Notes: generated from the sequence alone by a model not told the origin. A stretch of 63,730 nucleotides of DNA, filler included, from Rhabdomonas costata (GCA_019059605.1; 58 parts of 58 records of this genome joined end to end with filler, not necessarily neighbours in it); one strand, 5' to 3'; positions 25,320 through 39,219 are shown, numbered from the whole stretch's first letter. Numbers and translations are program-made.

Positions 25320-26320
25320 ACCTCGCCCCTCCAAACGGCGAGTTGCCGTATCTCATGGAAGCCAGCTACATTCCTTTCGGTTTTGCTGTGGCTTTCTCTG
25401 CTGGCGGCGCGACAACAACGACCTTGGGTGGCGCTCTGGGTTTCCTGTGGAACTCCCAGGCCATCGCATGGCGGGAACTCTGGGACCCGTTCCTGCAATT
25501 TCCTCAGTGCTACTGTCTCTCGACCTGCACCCTCTGGGTTCGTACCCTCTGTCAACTTGTCAAGAGCTCTTGTCATTGCTTGAGTTGTCGCCACCTGATT
25601 CTGATTCATAAATCGCAAGGCCTCTGCCAACTTCACCAGAAATTCTCCAGCCCCAACATGATCTCTGGGCGCTGGACCCACAGGTGGAACCTGAAGGACC
25701 GTTGCCATCTCTTGGACTGGACCGGTGCCCCCTCTGTGGGGCTGTCTAGGTCCCTGCTCGGTCATTCTTTTCTCAACCAAAGAAAATAAAACTTTTTCCT
25801 TCGACCATTTGTCACAACAAACCAAACTGTCCCCACTTCCGATTGAAACCTCTGTTACCAACTGTCACAAAGTGCCAATTGACACCTCTTCTCAAGTGCT
25901 GCCATCTTTCTGCCGCAAAAGTTGTTGATTTTTTCTGCTACCACGTGTCACGTGTTGCGCTCTGGAACTTTATCAACATTCTGCTACCACCTGTCACAAA
26001 GTGCAGGTGGTACTTTGCTGCGTTCACCCGCACTGGTGAAGGAAACAATCCTCTGCTACCGCCTGTCACGAAGTGCAGGTGGTACTTCTCTGCGTTACCC
26101 CGCACTGGTGAAGGAAACAATCCTCTGCTACCACCTGTCACGAAATGCAGGTGGTACTTCGCTGCACTCCCCCGACCCGCACTGGTGAAAGAAGCAAACC
26201 TCTGCTACCACGTGTCAGACGTCACGGCGGGATCGGACCAATTACGTGGCTCTTGCGACTTCCACGCGTATCCCACTCGATACGCTCCTATCCGTGGTGG
26301 AATCCGCACTTCCGTAATAT
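25320..26320 (-). mobile_element. LTR retrotransposon 5' region: LTR end (~26213), tRNA-iMet PBS array, gag-like ORF from ATG 25765
   Basis: Minus strand ...TGACA-NN-TGGTAGCAGAG, complementary to the CUCUGCUACCA 3' end of AGCAGAG-type initiator tRNA-Met; downstream ORF has a low-complexity/helical N-terminus as gag does. Confidence 0.65.
25980..26216. repeat. 72-bp tandem repeat (about 3.3 copies), each unit containing a PBS/LTR-end motif
   Basis: Units start at 25981, 26053, 26125 and about 26202 (CTGCTACC[A/G]C[C/G]TGTCA...). Confidence 0.9.
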
Positions 26321-28951
26321 NNNNNNNNNNNNNNNNNNNNNNNNNNNNNNNNNNNNNNNNNNNNTTAATTAATTAANNNNNNNNNNNNNNNNNNNNNNNN
26401 NNNNNNNNNNNNNNNNNNNNGTGTTGGTGGGACAGCAAGCTTCCCGAAGTCGAAGATATGCTGAGATGAGATACGCTGAGCTGCGCACTTTTGTCGGTGC
26501 GGAGCGGGGGTGCAGCTTTTCCTTCAGTCTTTTCTTTTTAAAATTTTCCAGGTGCGCCGAATGTTTGCCCTGCACCTACTCAAGCAAGTGGAAGGAAACG
26601 ACGACGGCGAATGGTTTGCGATTTTATCCTATTTGCTGCGTTTGTGCGGCAGCTTTCAGCATGCTCTGTTTGTGCGCCCCCCCCCCTGGACACCGCACAG
26701 GCTTCCCGAACTGGAAAGTCATTGAACTGTTTCACCAATGCCTGTCACGTTCCACATTTTTTCGGTCAAACCCACCGCTACGAATGCCATCATTGTGCAA
26801 GATGGAGTCCCTGCAAGGCCATGTATGTCGACGTAAGTCAATGTCCATTTAAGGCTGTGTATGAGATCACCTCTCAATCTCTGGTCCCGTTTTGGTTTGG
26901 AATTTAGGAGGCAGTGAGTCACGTTTCACGCGGTGGGGCGTTAAGCGTTTTTTGCTGTTTCGTTTTGGGACTTCGGGGGCCGATTTGAACAATGTTATTT
27001 CCGGGGTAGAGCGAGCCTGGCTGGAACGTGCCATAGGGAGGGGGGGACATGCAAAAAATTGCCTTTTGGTGTTTATGGGTATTATACTATTCGTGTATCA
27101 AGAATTTATTTTCCGAGCACAGGGGTAAGAGAAAGTGTGCCTGTACTTAGCAGATGATGTTATTTTGCCGAAAGGTGGTTAGGTATACTGTTCCACTGCC
27201 CCCCAGATGCCGATTTTAGCTGTAATTTTTTCGATCGTTTATGTCTGTTAAACACCTCCCCCCGCTCGAAAAAAAATACAACCCCATAAGCGAACGAGTT
27301 GCTCGAGGAAAAGACCCCTTTTGCGATGTGCAACCTCTGGGGGATCCCTGCCCATCCCACTTAGCCCCATTGCGGTCATTAACATGTGGCGTGAATCCAG
27401 TGGTGGGGACCCCAACACCCNNNNNNNNNNNNNNNNNNNNNNNNNNNNNNNNNNNNNNNNNNNNTTAATTAATTAANNNNNNNNNNNNNNNNNNNNNNNN
27501 NNNNNNNNNNNNNNNNNNNNGTGCACAGCGGACGTTGGCACCGCGCTGCACCATGCATGGCTGGCTGGGCAGGGCAGGGCTCGTCATGGAGTTGACCCAA
27601 ACCCCGGAGCTCATCGTTATATCCATTTTGATTGGAATGTGGTTCACCTGCTGACTCGAGGGGATGGACTTTCGAGACTGCTCTCGTGGTGCTCCAAGGG
27701 TCTTGCCCGTAAGTGCCATGCCGTGGTCACTCCAGTCGGTTTCTGTCCCCAACTAGACGCGGATTTGAAGCGTGAGAGCTGGGGACCTGAGGAGGCCGAT
27801 AACGTGCCTCGTTGATGGCCAACCGTCAACGTCTTTTCGTGCACGAATGTCCCGACAGGCTGTTCTATAATGCAGTTCTATCCCCGCGAAACTTCCCGTG
27901 CGTCTAGAGAGAGAGTCTAAAATGTGGACAAGGCGTCGGGACCAATTGACTTCCGAACCCGCACGGTTCGCTTCTCCGCTTGATGCTGTCAACGTTTCGA
28001 GTTGGAAAGTGCGGTCACCCAGGCTTCGATACCCAACCCAGCACAACCCTGCGCCTAGCTCTCCCGACACACCAAGCAAAAAATAAGCATGCGCGCCAGA
28101 AGCAATGCCCACAAAACAGTACCCGAGGGGTCGCCTGGAGGAGGGGCGACAGGGGTGGTCGCCACCAGTCCATCCATCACAACCTGCAGCACAGAGCGAA
28201 AACAAACGAAATCGCCTCATATATGCAATGCCACATACCGAAGAAAAACTCTGTCATGTCAGGCATTGCAGTCTACAGCAATCGCAGAAACGACAATGAA
28301 TGGTGCTGCTAATCATACAGTATGCAGCACTAACAAAAGACAGACTCGTAAGGTGCACAACCTGCGTGATGACAAGGCAGGCTTGGAGCTTGGTTTCTTG
28401 GTTCAGAAACAGACACACGCACGCACACACACACACACACACAGACATGACTACATCAAATTCCTAGCGATTCCTAGCGAAATACATCAGATTCCTAGCG
28501 AGGAGAAACGGCTGAGTATGNNNNNNNNNNNNNNNNNNNNNNNNNNNNNNNNNNNNNNNNNNNNTTAATTAATTAANNNNNNNNNNNNNNNNNNNNNNNN
28601 NNNNNNNNNNNNNNNNNNNNGTGTTAGGTGTGTTTGGGGGGTTTGGGTTAACGTCCGTCAATTAAAACGAAGAGCCCTGGAATTCCGATTTGGTTGGTTG
28701 GTTGGTTGGTTCCTAGCGTTTTTTCATTTAGCTTCAAGGTTAGCGGCACCTGACAAACATAAACCGCAGAAACGCATAGACGAACATAAAGGGCAGAAGC
28801 ATATCCTGTTGCGTGTGTGTGTTCCGCGGCTCTGTGCCTCGTCAGGATGACGTTTTAGTATTTGCTCGCTGTGATCCAGTGAGATGGCAGGCGCCCCACA
28901 GTTCAGTCAAGACCATGGCACAAAAAGTAACAGTTCCGCTTCTTGCCACAG

Positions 28952-29252
28952 GATGTACTCCATCGCCAGCCCCACCGCCGTGGGCACCTTTGAGGAGAGG
29001 TTCCGCGCCGCCTTTGGGCTCCGAGACCGCAGCCCCTCCGAGGCCCGAGCGAAGTTCGCAGAGCTACTTCAAAACTCCACTGCCGCCGCAACCTCAGCGG
29101 TGACCTCAGCAGACGCTGTTTTGGGCGACCCCTCCTCCCCATATTCTGCCGATGCCCAAGCGGTTCCTGTGGAGAGCCTTCCCGTGGCTCGTCGCCACCT
29201 TCGCCGTCTGCACGCGGAGCTCTCAGTGGCCCCGCCGGCGATGTTTGTTGCG
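28952..29252 (+). CDS. Exon of unknown Ala/Ser-rich protein
   Basis: CACAG| ... |GTACGG bounded open frame MYSIASPTAVGTFEERFRAAF... Confidence 0.45.
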
Positions 29253-29888
29253 GTACGGGGAAGGGTGCCGTCGTGGCAAGGCACGGCGGCTCCAGCGGTG
29301 CCTCGGTCGGTCTCCGTAGATAGCCTGCCCACCGTATACATGACGGAGGATCAGTAAGAGGATCGGTGAAATCCGTTTCCCTTCCGCTGCTGCGCGTCGT
29401 ATTGTGAGAATCGTTGTGTATTTCCGTGTCCCCGCACCCATCCCCATGCACGCGCCCGCGTGCGGTGGACTAAAGGTGGAGGTGAATCTGCGTAGCACCT
29501 TCGTTCACCTGTCACCTGCGCTCTGCAGCCCGTGGGCCTCTGGGCGTATGTTTTCACCATTGCAGCAGTTCATAGCCCCTTCCCCTCCTGCTGTTGCAAA
29601 TGCTGGTTAACCCAACCCCCNNNNNNNNNNNNNNNNNNNNNNNNNNNNNNNNNNNNNNNNNNNNTTAATTAATTAANNNNNNNNNNNNNNNNNNNNNNNN
29701 NNNNNNNNNNNNNNNNNNNNGGGTGGGGGTGAACCTCCCGGACTCCTCCAGCTGCTCACTTCGGACTCTCGGGGTTTTGTAACCGCCTAAAAGAGTGTTG
29801 TCCCTGGTGCTATGCTTTTTCTTTCGCTATGGTGGTGATGTTTTTCGCATTGCGGACGCCTGTGAAGGGGATGGGTGGTCATTCATAG

Positions 29889-30125
29889 GAGCCTGCGATG
29901 TTTGACTTCGAGGGCTCGTTCAGCCCTTTTGGGGGGCGTGTCTCTGCGCGGGTGCTGGACAGCGAGTGGGTGGAGATTCCGGTGGACACTGTGGGGTCTG
30001 AGGCCGGAGTGGTGCGGGCGCAATCTCGGGATCTGCGGACGACGTGTAACCTGGGGGTGCTGGTCAGCTTAGCCCCGGGAAAGTTCCGGCGCACCAAGAT
30101 TATCCGGCTGCTGCCAGCCTTTGAG
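29889..30125 (+). CDS. VPS13: VPS13 family exon (VAB/SHR-binding repeat)
   Basis: DSEW..IPVDTVGS...NLGVLVSLAPGKFRRTKIIRLLPAF matches the VAB repeat; 237-nt phase-0 exon. Confidence 0.8.
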
Positions 30126-30228
30126 GTACATAAACCCACCCATACCGCACGTAGCGTTTGGATGCTTGAATAGGTGGGTTGGCAAATGATGAGGAAGCGA
30201 TGGGATGGGAACAGAGCAGGGCAGAACA

Positions 30229-30263
30229 GAACGGAACGGAACGGAACGGAACGGAACGGAACG
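30229..30263 (+). repeat. (GAACG)7 microsatellite
   Basis: Direct reading. Confidence 0.9.
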
Positions 30264-30610
30264 GAAGGAAACGAAAGAAAAGAGAACGGAAAGGAAGCGC
30301 CTAACTCCCCGCCCACACCGTGTTGTACTTCTTTGGAGTGGATAAGGATCAAGGGAAACGAAGGAAAGATGTATACGGATATATGGATGGGAAGGCAGGC
30401 TCCCGCCTTGATGTGATGGAAGTAAGATGGGTGGGGAAGTGTCTTGTGCAATCTTTGTGTGTGAACTGAAAACAGAAACCGCCCACACAGGACGCTTTGT
30501 TATGTTGTTGTCAGGTGCAGGTATGGTTTCTGCTGAAGACGTCCTCTTTTGCTCGTAGTTTCGCCTCGCCGTCCGCCCTTCAGTGAGACGAAAGAACAAC
30601 CAGCAAAAAG

Positions 30611-30714
30611 GCAACGCAACGCAACGCAACGCAAAGCAACGCAACGCAACGCAACGCAACGCAACGCAACGCAACGCAACGCAACGCAACGCAACGCAAC
30701 GCAACGCAACGCAA
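30611..30714 (+). repeat. (GCAAC)~20 microsatellite
   Basis: Direct reading; one GCAAA variant unit. Confidence 0.97.
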
Positions 30715-32197
30715 ACACAACNNNNNNNNNNNNNNNNNNNNNNNNNNNNNNNNNNNNNNNNNNNNTTAATTAATTAANNNNNNNNNNNNNNNNNNNNNNN
30801 NNNNNNNNNNNNNNNNNNNNNGGTGTTGTGTGACAAATGGCTCAGTACCATTTGTCACACAACCAAGCACAGCACCTGCAGTTGTTGTCGCAGATGGTAT
30901 GCGGGACGGCGGAAGTACATGTTTGGTATGATTCCGGGATTTAATTTCAGACTAATTCAGACAAGTTCAGAAATTTTTGATTGATCCATTAATCGAAGCA
31001 ATCGCTATTCGATGGTGAATTTGCATTTTGGTGAAAATCGGCATTCGGATGCCTCCGGGAGCACGTTGTTGGGTTACGGTGGGTGGACTTTCGCGCTCTC
31101 CCGCTGTAACGCTCTCATCTACAAGTCTGTGTGATTTGTGTGTTCGTTGCTCTATACGCCACCATCCCCGTTGTAGTGGTCTCTTCCCACTTTGCCGCCC
31201 ACGTTTATTTTGTGAAAACAGCGGAAACAGAGACCGCTTTTGTGGGTTCCCCACCTTGCTCGTTTTTTCCAGTTGCCGTTGGCTTTAACCAAGCTGGCAG
31301 TGAAAAAGGGCCGGAGATGCGACGACCCAAGGCGAGCTCTAAAAAAACAAAAAAAAGAAGCCCCCTTTAAAAAGCTGATCAAGATCAAAAATTACGGTCA
31401 TTTTTCCGAGGTCTTGCCATTCAGTAGTCGGTAATCAAGCACTACCACAAAACAAAACCACGCAAACGCAGTAGAGTCCTCATGGAGAAAAATCTGCTTC
31501 CATTTTACATTGGAAGGGGGGCAAACTTAATCGACCAGTACCGTAAAGGTACCAATGATGGATCAGGATAAAAATGGATTAATGATCATTTCGCAATCTC
31601 CCAAATTCAGGGGAAATTTTCCTTCTATTTGTTCTCCTAGATCTATGTTTTCAGGATGCAATTTTTTATCCATTATGGTAATCTTCCTTATGGTAATCGA
31701 AGCAGTCAAGGAGAAAGTGGAAGCAAGTCAGCTGTTTACCTCTGTGCAAGCGCTCTCTAACCACAGGGCTTAGCCCTGCTAACCGAAACGATAGTGAAAC
31801 AGCAGTCGAAAAAAAAAACACNNNNNNNNNNNNNNNNNNNNNNNNNNNNNNNNNNNNNNNNNNNNTTAATTAATTAANNNNNNNNNNNNNNNNNNNNNNN
31901 NNNNNNNNNNNNNNNNNNNNNGTGTTTGTGGGGTGTGTTTGGGGGGTGGGTGGAATCCAAGTCGCTGAGGAGTACCGTCACTGGGAACCCTTGGCAGGCG
32001 CGCGTCTTGGATTCCCCCCACCTCTCACCCATTCATGGACACACACGTGATCTCTTGCAGGTTGATGTGGGACTGCGAATCGGTTAAATTCAAATTCGTC
32101 TTGAACGTTACGGCCGGGGTTACGGCAGTAAAAACAAAGAAAAGCGAAGTCACCTCAAGTGTAGTGCGTTTTTTTGGATGGACGTGTTTGCTGGCAG

Positions 32198-32340
32198 GCA
32201 TTGTGGTCAGCTTGGTTTTCGGCAGCTCCCGGCGGGTGCAGACCCAGGTGGCCGCAATACGGCCGCAGACGGATGTCGTCGTGGCCTCTCCAGGCCGCCT
32301 CGTGGATATGGCGGAGGCCGAAGTGCTGGACCTAACCCAC
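32198..32340 (+). CDS. DEAD-box RNA helicase exon (motif Ib region)
   Basis: VSLVFG...Q...DVVVASPGRLVDM...LDL matches DIVVATPGRL.D...L.L; AG/GT bounded. Confidence 0.8.
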
Positions 32341-33546
32341 GTGTGACCCTCTTTTCCCCTCGCAACAGTTGCCCGCGGCCGGTTGCCGGGAAGATCCGCT
32401 GTCCATCGTCTGTGACATAAATGTTCCGCGTCAGCGAATATCGTGCTTGTTGGGGGCCCAATTTTGGCAGTATTTTGCACTTTTAAGCCTCATTATTGAG
32501 GCCAAATTTCTGCTGTGGTTCCACTTTTTCTCTTATTTTTGGTGTGTGTGTTTGAAGTTGATGAAGTAAACATGCGCCCTTGGAACCCTATGCTCCCTCT
32601 TGGGGGTCAGGGTTGCGTTCTGCATTGTGGGAGTGCGTCTTTTTTCCTTGGCGGTCTTGCTTCTGAGGCGAATGCCTTCCAGATTGAGTGCATTATGTTA
32701 AGAATGGTGCAGTGGTGGAGCCGCTGTGTGAGCGAGTGCCTTGGATTGGCTGCACTGACTCGTTGCTCATGCTAATTATTAGGCCCAATGATTATGATGT
32801 AGAGAAAATCGGCTCCGTGCAAAATCTTTGGCTTGCGTTGCACCTTTTTTTTTTTGCATTTTGCATTTCTGGTTCGGTCCGTTTTTTGCTGCCCATGAAA
32901 CATGCATGATACAACCCCAACNNNNNNNNNNNNNNNNNNNNNNNNNNNNNNNNNNNNNNNNNNNNTTAATTAATTAANNNNNNNNNNNNNNNNNNNNNNN
33001 NNNNNNNNNNNNNNNNNNNNNTGTGGGTGCAGTCCGCGGTTCTCCTTCGTGTGGGTAGAGCTTGCCATTTCTGCTTGAGGCGTCAAGGCCCCTCGCGTGC
33101 TTGAGCCCGTGAGCTAGGATAGGGCAAGCTCTACCCACACGAAGGAGAACCGCGGACTGCACTCACGCGACGTGCACCCCAGAAAAAATGTGTTAGCAAC
33201 CGCTCCCGTCCTGAGCACACGCGTGTGAGCAAGTTGTTGCCCTTAGCGAAGCGACACTCCACGGCTGACCACCGCTATCAGTCCCGCCTGCGTCCTGCTC
33301 TTTTTCTCGTTGCTCTTCTTCTCGTTGCCTTCAACTTTCTGGAGGGAGTGTGCGTACGGGGGGAGGTGAACTCTGGGCTGAGCAGCGGTGGCGTTTCGAA
33401 CCCCAGATGGCATCAACTCCACCTTCCTCGAGTGAGTCTATGGACACCACACACTACACATGACAGATGATTATCAACCAAAAGAGACGGAGGGAGGGAA
33501 GTAGGTAGGGAAGTGGGCGGACGGCAAGAGGGGCAGAAAAGCCCAC

Positions 33547-33656
33547 CAGATGTCCCAGCTCGTTTCAACAGATTCGGACCCGCCCGCCTCGGGAGGCATG
33601 TAGTACGGAGTCCCCAAGAGTACAGAGTAGCCGGAGGCAGCCGCCAGCCCGAAGTC
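33547..33656 (-). CDS. Ser/Thr protein kinase exon (subdomains VII-IX)
   Basis: DFGLA...GTPYYMPPE...WDIW; AG/GT bounded. Confidence 0.85.
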
Positions 33657-36600
33657 CTTTGTAGTGTGGCAGATCACAGCAATTTCTATGTTCTCTACCA
33701 CGCACGCCTGTGTCGCTCCGGTTCCCAGGTGCACGGTACCAACGACAGCAACCCAGGAGGACCACAGGCAGCGGTCCAGATACAACAACAAGCAACAGTC
33801 GGCATTCCGCGTTGTGTACAAAACGCAAAGCGATTCACAAATAAAACCAGCGCAACGTCCACAACGTGTCCACTTGTAGCGGCAGTTGAAAAACAACCAT
33901 ATTACACCCGATGCGGAACATGGGCGCGGAAGGGGAGTACATCAAAAACAGCAACACCGACGGGACCTCACCTCACGGGCTGTTCAAAAATGCGGAAAGA
34001 ATATGCTAAGACAAACCCACANNNNNNNNNNNNNNNNNNNNNNNNNNNNNNNNNNNNNNNNNNNNTTAATTAATTAANNNNNNNNNNNNNNNNNNNNNNN
34101 NNNNNNNNNNNNNNNNNNNNNGTGTGGTTTGAATCTGCAGAGAGCGCAATGGAATGGAGCTCCACTCACCCACGCAATGAGCCTGAAAAGGCCCGAACCC
34201 AAAAATACCATTTTTTGAAAGGCTGAGGAAATCTTTTCGGTGTGCTCCTCATTTAAGACGGCTTGGGTGATCTGAAAACCAGACATGAGCCCAAGGGCTG
34301 CATCACTTGATCCAACTGGTTTTCAACGAGAACAGGAAACGTCCGCGATTAAAAAATGAATCACGCCATCTGCTTAGGTCATGTATTTGAGTCAAGCAAA
34401 CTTCTTGCAAAACCTCAAAATGTGGGGGTGGGTGAAGCAGAAAACGCTGCCGTCATTTACAATATATACAGCAGGTCACACTAGAGTCCAAGTTGCTTAA
34501 CCTACTGCGATTTATAACTAGGTTCAGGGGGTGCCCAATTGCATCTCCACTACAAATCAAAAATGTATAGCTAAACTTCAGGTCAAACTCAACAGTGCTC
34601 AGCCTCAAATCCACTCCAAACTCAGGCGAAGGAGAAGTGAAAGGTGTCGCGCGAATAAGGATAAACAATCCGGCAACGTAATATTGGGGTGATAGGCTCA
34701 GCTCCACAAGTCTCGCAGCTGGATTAGGTGTCTGGGGCATCGGCAGAATGGGACAGCGAACAGCAGGCGAACAGCAGGCGTTCAACCTTTAAGCCCCCTT
34801 CTCAAACCACAAGAATACCTAAAAGCCCCGAAAGCAGGAAAGCCACTAAGTACAAAAAAGGCACAGCTCCAACAACAAATAAAGAGTGCAGCAGCTAAAA
34901 TACTAATACGAGGTGAAAAGCTGCTGATATACTGCGGAAAATAGCACGGCCAGAAGAACAGGTACGGCACAACACACGCGACAAGCGCTAAGTGCCTGCT
35001 TATCAAATCGCAATGACTTGGGGAGATGTCTGAGGCAGAGCAAGTCCCACACCCTGATTACCCAGGAATCTCAAAAACGCTCGTCTACCGCTCAACCCCA
35101 TTTTCTCCTTAAAAACCCACANNNNNNNNNNNNNNNNNNNNNNNNNNNNNNNNNNNNNNNNNNNNTTAATTAATTAANNNNNNNNNNNNNNNNNNNNNNN
35201 NNNNNNNNNNNNNNNNNNNNNGGGTTGGGGTAGCATTCGCGTCAAGCGGCGCACAAAAATCACAGCAGCGAGCAGCGAGCGCACTCGTGCACGGACCTTG
35301 GGCGAGGTCGGCGTTGATCTTGGCTACACCCTGGGGAGAAAGCTGCCGCGTTAGGTCTGCTTCATCTATGCTGAGCTCACGCCCAAGGGCTATAGCAAGG
35401 GTTTGGGCGATTGCCATGTTACAGGAAAACAGGCTTAATGAAAACAACTCAACTCACACACAAAAATAGGGATGGAAAAAGGTTCTTCCAAACGTGCGGC
35501 AAAGAATCATTCACCACAAACGAAACAACGTCCATGAAACAGACAACAGAAGGGCAAGCATACAACCAAACCAAACCACTCTGGGTTTTGGGTGCGAGCA
35601 GCTGTAGACTAACCTTGCGCCACTTCATCAGCAGCAGGTGATTGAGACCCTAGAAACACATGTAAGTGTAAGCAACAAAAGCGAAGAACTCTAGTGTTGG
35701 GTGGTGCAGGTGGGCAGCCGGGTTTTGGTGGGGTGGCGTTGCCAATAAGTGGCGATCCCACCTCACCCCGAGTCACATCAGCTATAAAGCCTTGACGGAA
35801 AACAACAGCTATTCGCTTTCGAGTTGGGCCCAAGCTGAATGTGGGGGAGGTGCAATAGACCATCCAGGTATGACGACTTACCGCAACTAACAAAAAACGG
35901 TGTGATTTAAGAGTGCCGTGATTTAAGGGTTCTCCTATAGGCCTGAACGGCTGCGAAAAAAAGTTGGGCCCGAAGGAACAGAAAAACGCTGCAGAAGTGT
36001 GCTAGCACTGCTCAAGATGTCATCATCTGGAAAATTAGGAGAGGACAGACCCGCAGAGGAAGGCATCCGAATGTGCTAAGGGATGGCCAGGGACAGTCAG
36101 AAACAGCAAACGCGCAGAAGAACACAGACATTTAACAGGGGTCATGTGCAATCCTAGCGGACCTCTGTTAAATGTCTGTGTTCTTCTGCGCGTTTGCTGT
36201 TTCTGACTGTCCCTGGCCATCNNNNNNNNNNNNNNNNNNNNNNNNNNNNNNNNNNNNNNNNNNNNTTAATTAATTAANNNNNNNNNNNNNNNNNNNNNNN
36301 NNNNNNNNNNNNNNNNNNNNNGTGGGGTGTGGCCTCCAAATAGGGGGTTTCGTTTGCCCTGGCCCCTCCACAGGCGCTCGCACAGCTTGTCGCCGAGATC
36401 ACGGTGCAGGATGGCCACAGTGATCTCAAGCCGCGCCCTGCGTCGTGCGTGCGTGTGCGTGTGCACATATGCGGATGTGAATTAGGATATGTGAGGCAGG
36501 ACAGCGCCGGTGAGGGAAGTGGACCCTCTCTGGATTTGCCTGCAACTCCGTCACCGCCAGCTTCTGTCTTGGTCCTTCCCCATCATACTTCGCTCCCCCG

Positions 36601-38928
36601 ACTCCCGCGGGGGGCCCGCCTACAGGCCACCAGCAGCTGGTTTTTCTCGTGGAGTGCGGCTTCTCGGAAGCAGGGGTGAGCCTTTTGGGGGGACGCCCCG
36701 ATAGGCCCTTGTGTGCGGGTGAGCGTGGTGGGAGCGGTGATCTGCTTTTTGGGACGTTTGCCCCACTTCTGGGTGTGCGCTTTCCTCCGTTGTGCTCAGA
36801 GCTCTCCAAACAGAACCCACACCCCTGCTTCTGGACGCTTCATTCTTGGGATGTGTCTCTCCCCCCTCCTCCCAGTGCAAGCCCTTGAGAAAAGCCCGTC
36901 GAAGTGTGTGCAAAGAACGCTCGGCTCAGCGAAAGTGATAATGATGGGTTACCGCGGTCTTGCTTTGTTGTGCTCCATTTACTGTTTGCAATGGAGCGGG
37001 ATAGAAACCTTTCGCAATCACATTGCCACCTCCACACGTCTCTGGGCGTCTTTCACTTCGTGGATGTCCATTGCTCTGCATTTGTTGCCTTTGGCCTTTA
37101 CGGGTGTCGTTTGTTATGCAACTGAGCATTCAGACGGTCAATTTGTCTGTTAGCTCCGTTTCGTCCTCGCACAGACGGACACCGTGCGAGGACGAAACGG
37201 AGCTAACAGACAAATTGACCGTCTGAATGCTCCGTTTCGTCCTCGCACGGTGTCCGTCTGTGCGCCCCCCCCCCCTTTTTTTGCATTTCCTTTCCCTTCC
37301 TTTCCTCTGTCGTCAGCGCGCNNNNNNNNNNNNNNNNNNNNNNNNNNNNNNNNNNNNNNNNNNNNTTAATTAATTAANNNNNNNNNNNNNNNNNNNNNNN
37401 NNNNNNNNNNNNNNNNNNNNNGTTGTTTTGTCGTAGCTGAGAGTTTCATCTCACCCTGCTACCAGGAGTCGGATGAAACTCTCAGCTACGGCAAAACAAA
37501 CAGCACACACAGTTTGCGGCAAAATGGGAAAAAAGGGCCAATTCAAAAGAATAAGGAAAAAAAGAAAGGCACATCATCTACAAAGGTTTAAAATGAAGCC
37601 CCACGGCTGGGAAGCCAACCCCCGAACTTGGAAAGGATGAATGATGAATCTCTTTCGGTCTTAATGGGAGAAATCTGGTTGATACCAGACATTACAACCA
37701 CACTTCCCTCAGAGCATTCCATCCTTTGGATAGCGCCGAGTTTAAGGCCACCGATCTCGAAATCATCTGGGAACGCCCACAAAAACTCCGCTGGTGAAGG
37801 TGGTAGTGGTAGTGGTAGTGGTAGTGATGCTGGTGGATGTGGTGCTTGTCTGATTATGGTACCAGGGCAAAATCGGCGTCCGGCACACCTCCTCTTCCTC
37901 CTCAAGGACCCGAGCATGGTCTGCCTCGGCGCAGTCGGCTTCTTCCTCTCTCTTTTTTCTCTCAAGAATTGATATGTGATTGTGCTTTTGCTTCGCAGTT
38001 TTCCAACGGTGGCTTCCAAGCGGTGAGTCCTTCCGTGGCAGGTACGATGCTCCGAACAATGCACTCACAAGGAGTTGTGGACGCTTTCGTTGATTGCTCC
38101 CACCTCGTTTGCGTGCAGACTGTATTAGACGTTGGAACAGCTGCCACAGAAATAAAGGTGGCGTCCTCCGAAAGTTATTATGCTGGTTGCTTTTTCTTTA
38201 TATTTGGCTTCTCACCACCCTCGTCACTGCTGAAAATTACGTGCTGAGTTGCTGCAGCTCTCGGAGCTACCTGCGAAAGTCCTGTTGTGTGGTTTTGTGC
38301 CAGCCCATTTTTTCCAACCGGCATATCTCTCGAAATTTCGGGCGCACCCGCTCGCCTCAATACTTCGCTGCCCGATTGTTAAGGTCGCCTTATCCAAAAA
38401 AAAAAAACAGAAAATCATTCCNNNNNNNNNNNNNNNNNNNNNNNNNNNNNNNNNNNNNNNNNNNNTTAATTAATTAANNNNNNNNNNNNNNNNNNNNNNN
38501 NNNNNNNNNNNNNNNNNNNNNTTTTTTGTGGTGATCGCTCTGGGAATCGTGTTCGATCGGGAAAGAGGTGTTGGCATTCCCCCTCCCCCCTCTGGCGGTG
38601 AGGTTTAGCCAAATACACAATACAAAGAACTCGCAAATACTAACTTTGGGGGTGGGGGCACTTTCACCACCTGGAAACTCCTGCGAGATCACTTGTTGAT
38701 TACCAACTGCCCCTCTCAATTGACCTTGGATCAAACGCTCTGGAAAACCGAACGATTCTCTAAAAAGCCCCCGGCCCTGCCTTCAGCTTTTCTTCACACA
38801 AACATACACGCACAACAACAATCAGGCATAATTGTCCCTTTGCCAAGCGAAAAAATTTCTTCGTAAAGCCTAAAATTTTTTTCTCCTTGTGTTCCTTGTG
38901 TGAGAGAGTTGGGGAACATCCTTCTCAG

Positions 38929-39219
38929 GACTTCTTCTGGTCTGTGACGTACCACCCCCGGGACCACCCTGCGAGGTTTGTGCGGGAGCTGGTGCACGCC
39001 ACCTTCCGCGACGCCTCGGGGTACGTCGAGGACCTGGACGCGGACACGGTGGACCAGTACATGCAGCTTATTCAGAGGTATGCCTCACCCAGGCACCACC
39101 CCGGGACCTCCTCCTCCTCCGCCTCTGCGGCTGAGGGCAGGGCGCAGGCCCCCTCAGGGTCCAGCCTGGGCGACGCCAAGCTGCTGCTCAGTGCCGCCCA
39201 GGCTCGCCTGGCACGGCTG
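38929..39219 (+). CDS. Exon of unknown protein
   Basis: 291-nt phase-0 GC3-rich exon DFFWSVTYHPRDHPARFVRELV...; alternative donor at 39078. Confidence 0.55.

Noticed and set aside
25850..26216. Repeat-spacer layout as a CRISPR array
   Set aside because: Eukaryotic context, several spacers are mutually homologous, spacing is irregular, and the repeat is explained by PBS/LTR-end sequence.
30069..30777. ORFs such as MRCVALRCVAL... and NATQRNATQR...
   Set aside because: Translations of pentanucleotide microsatellites.
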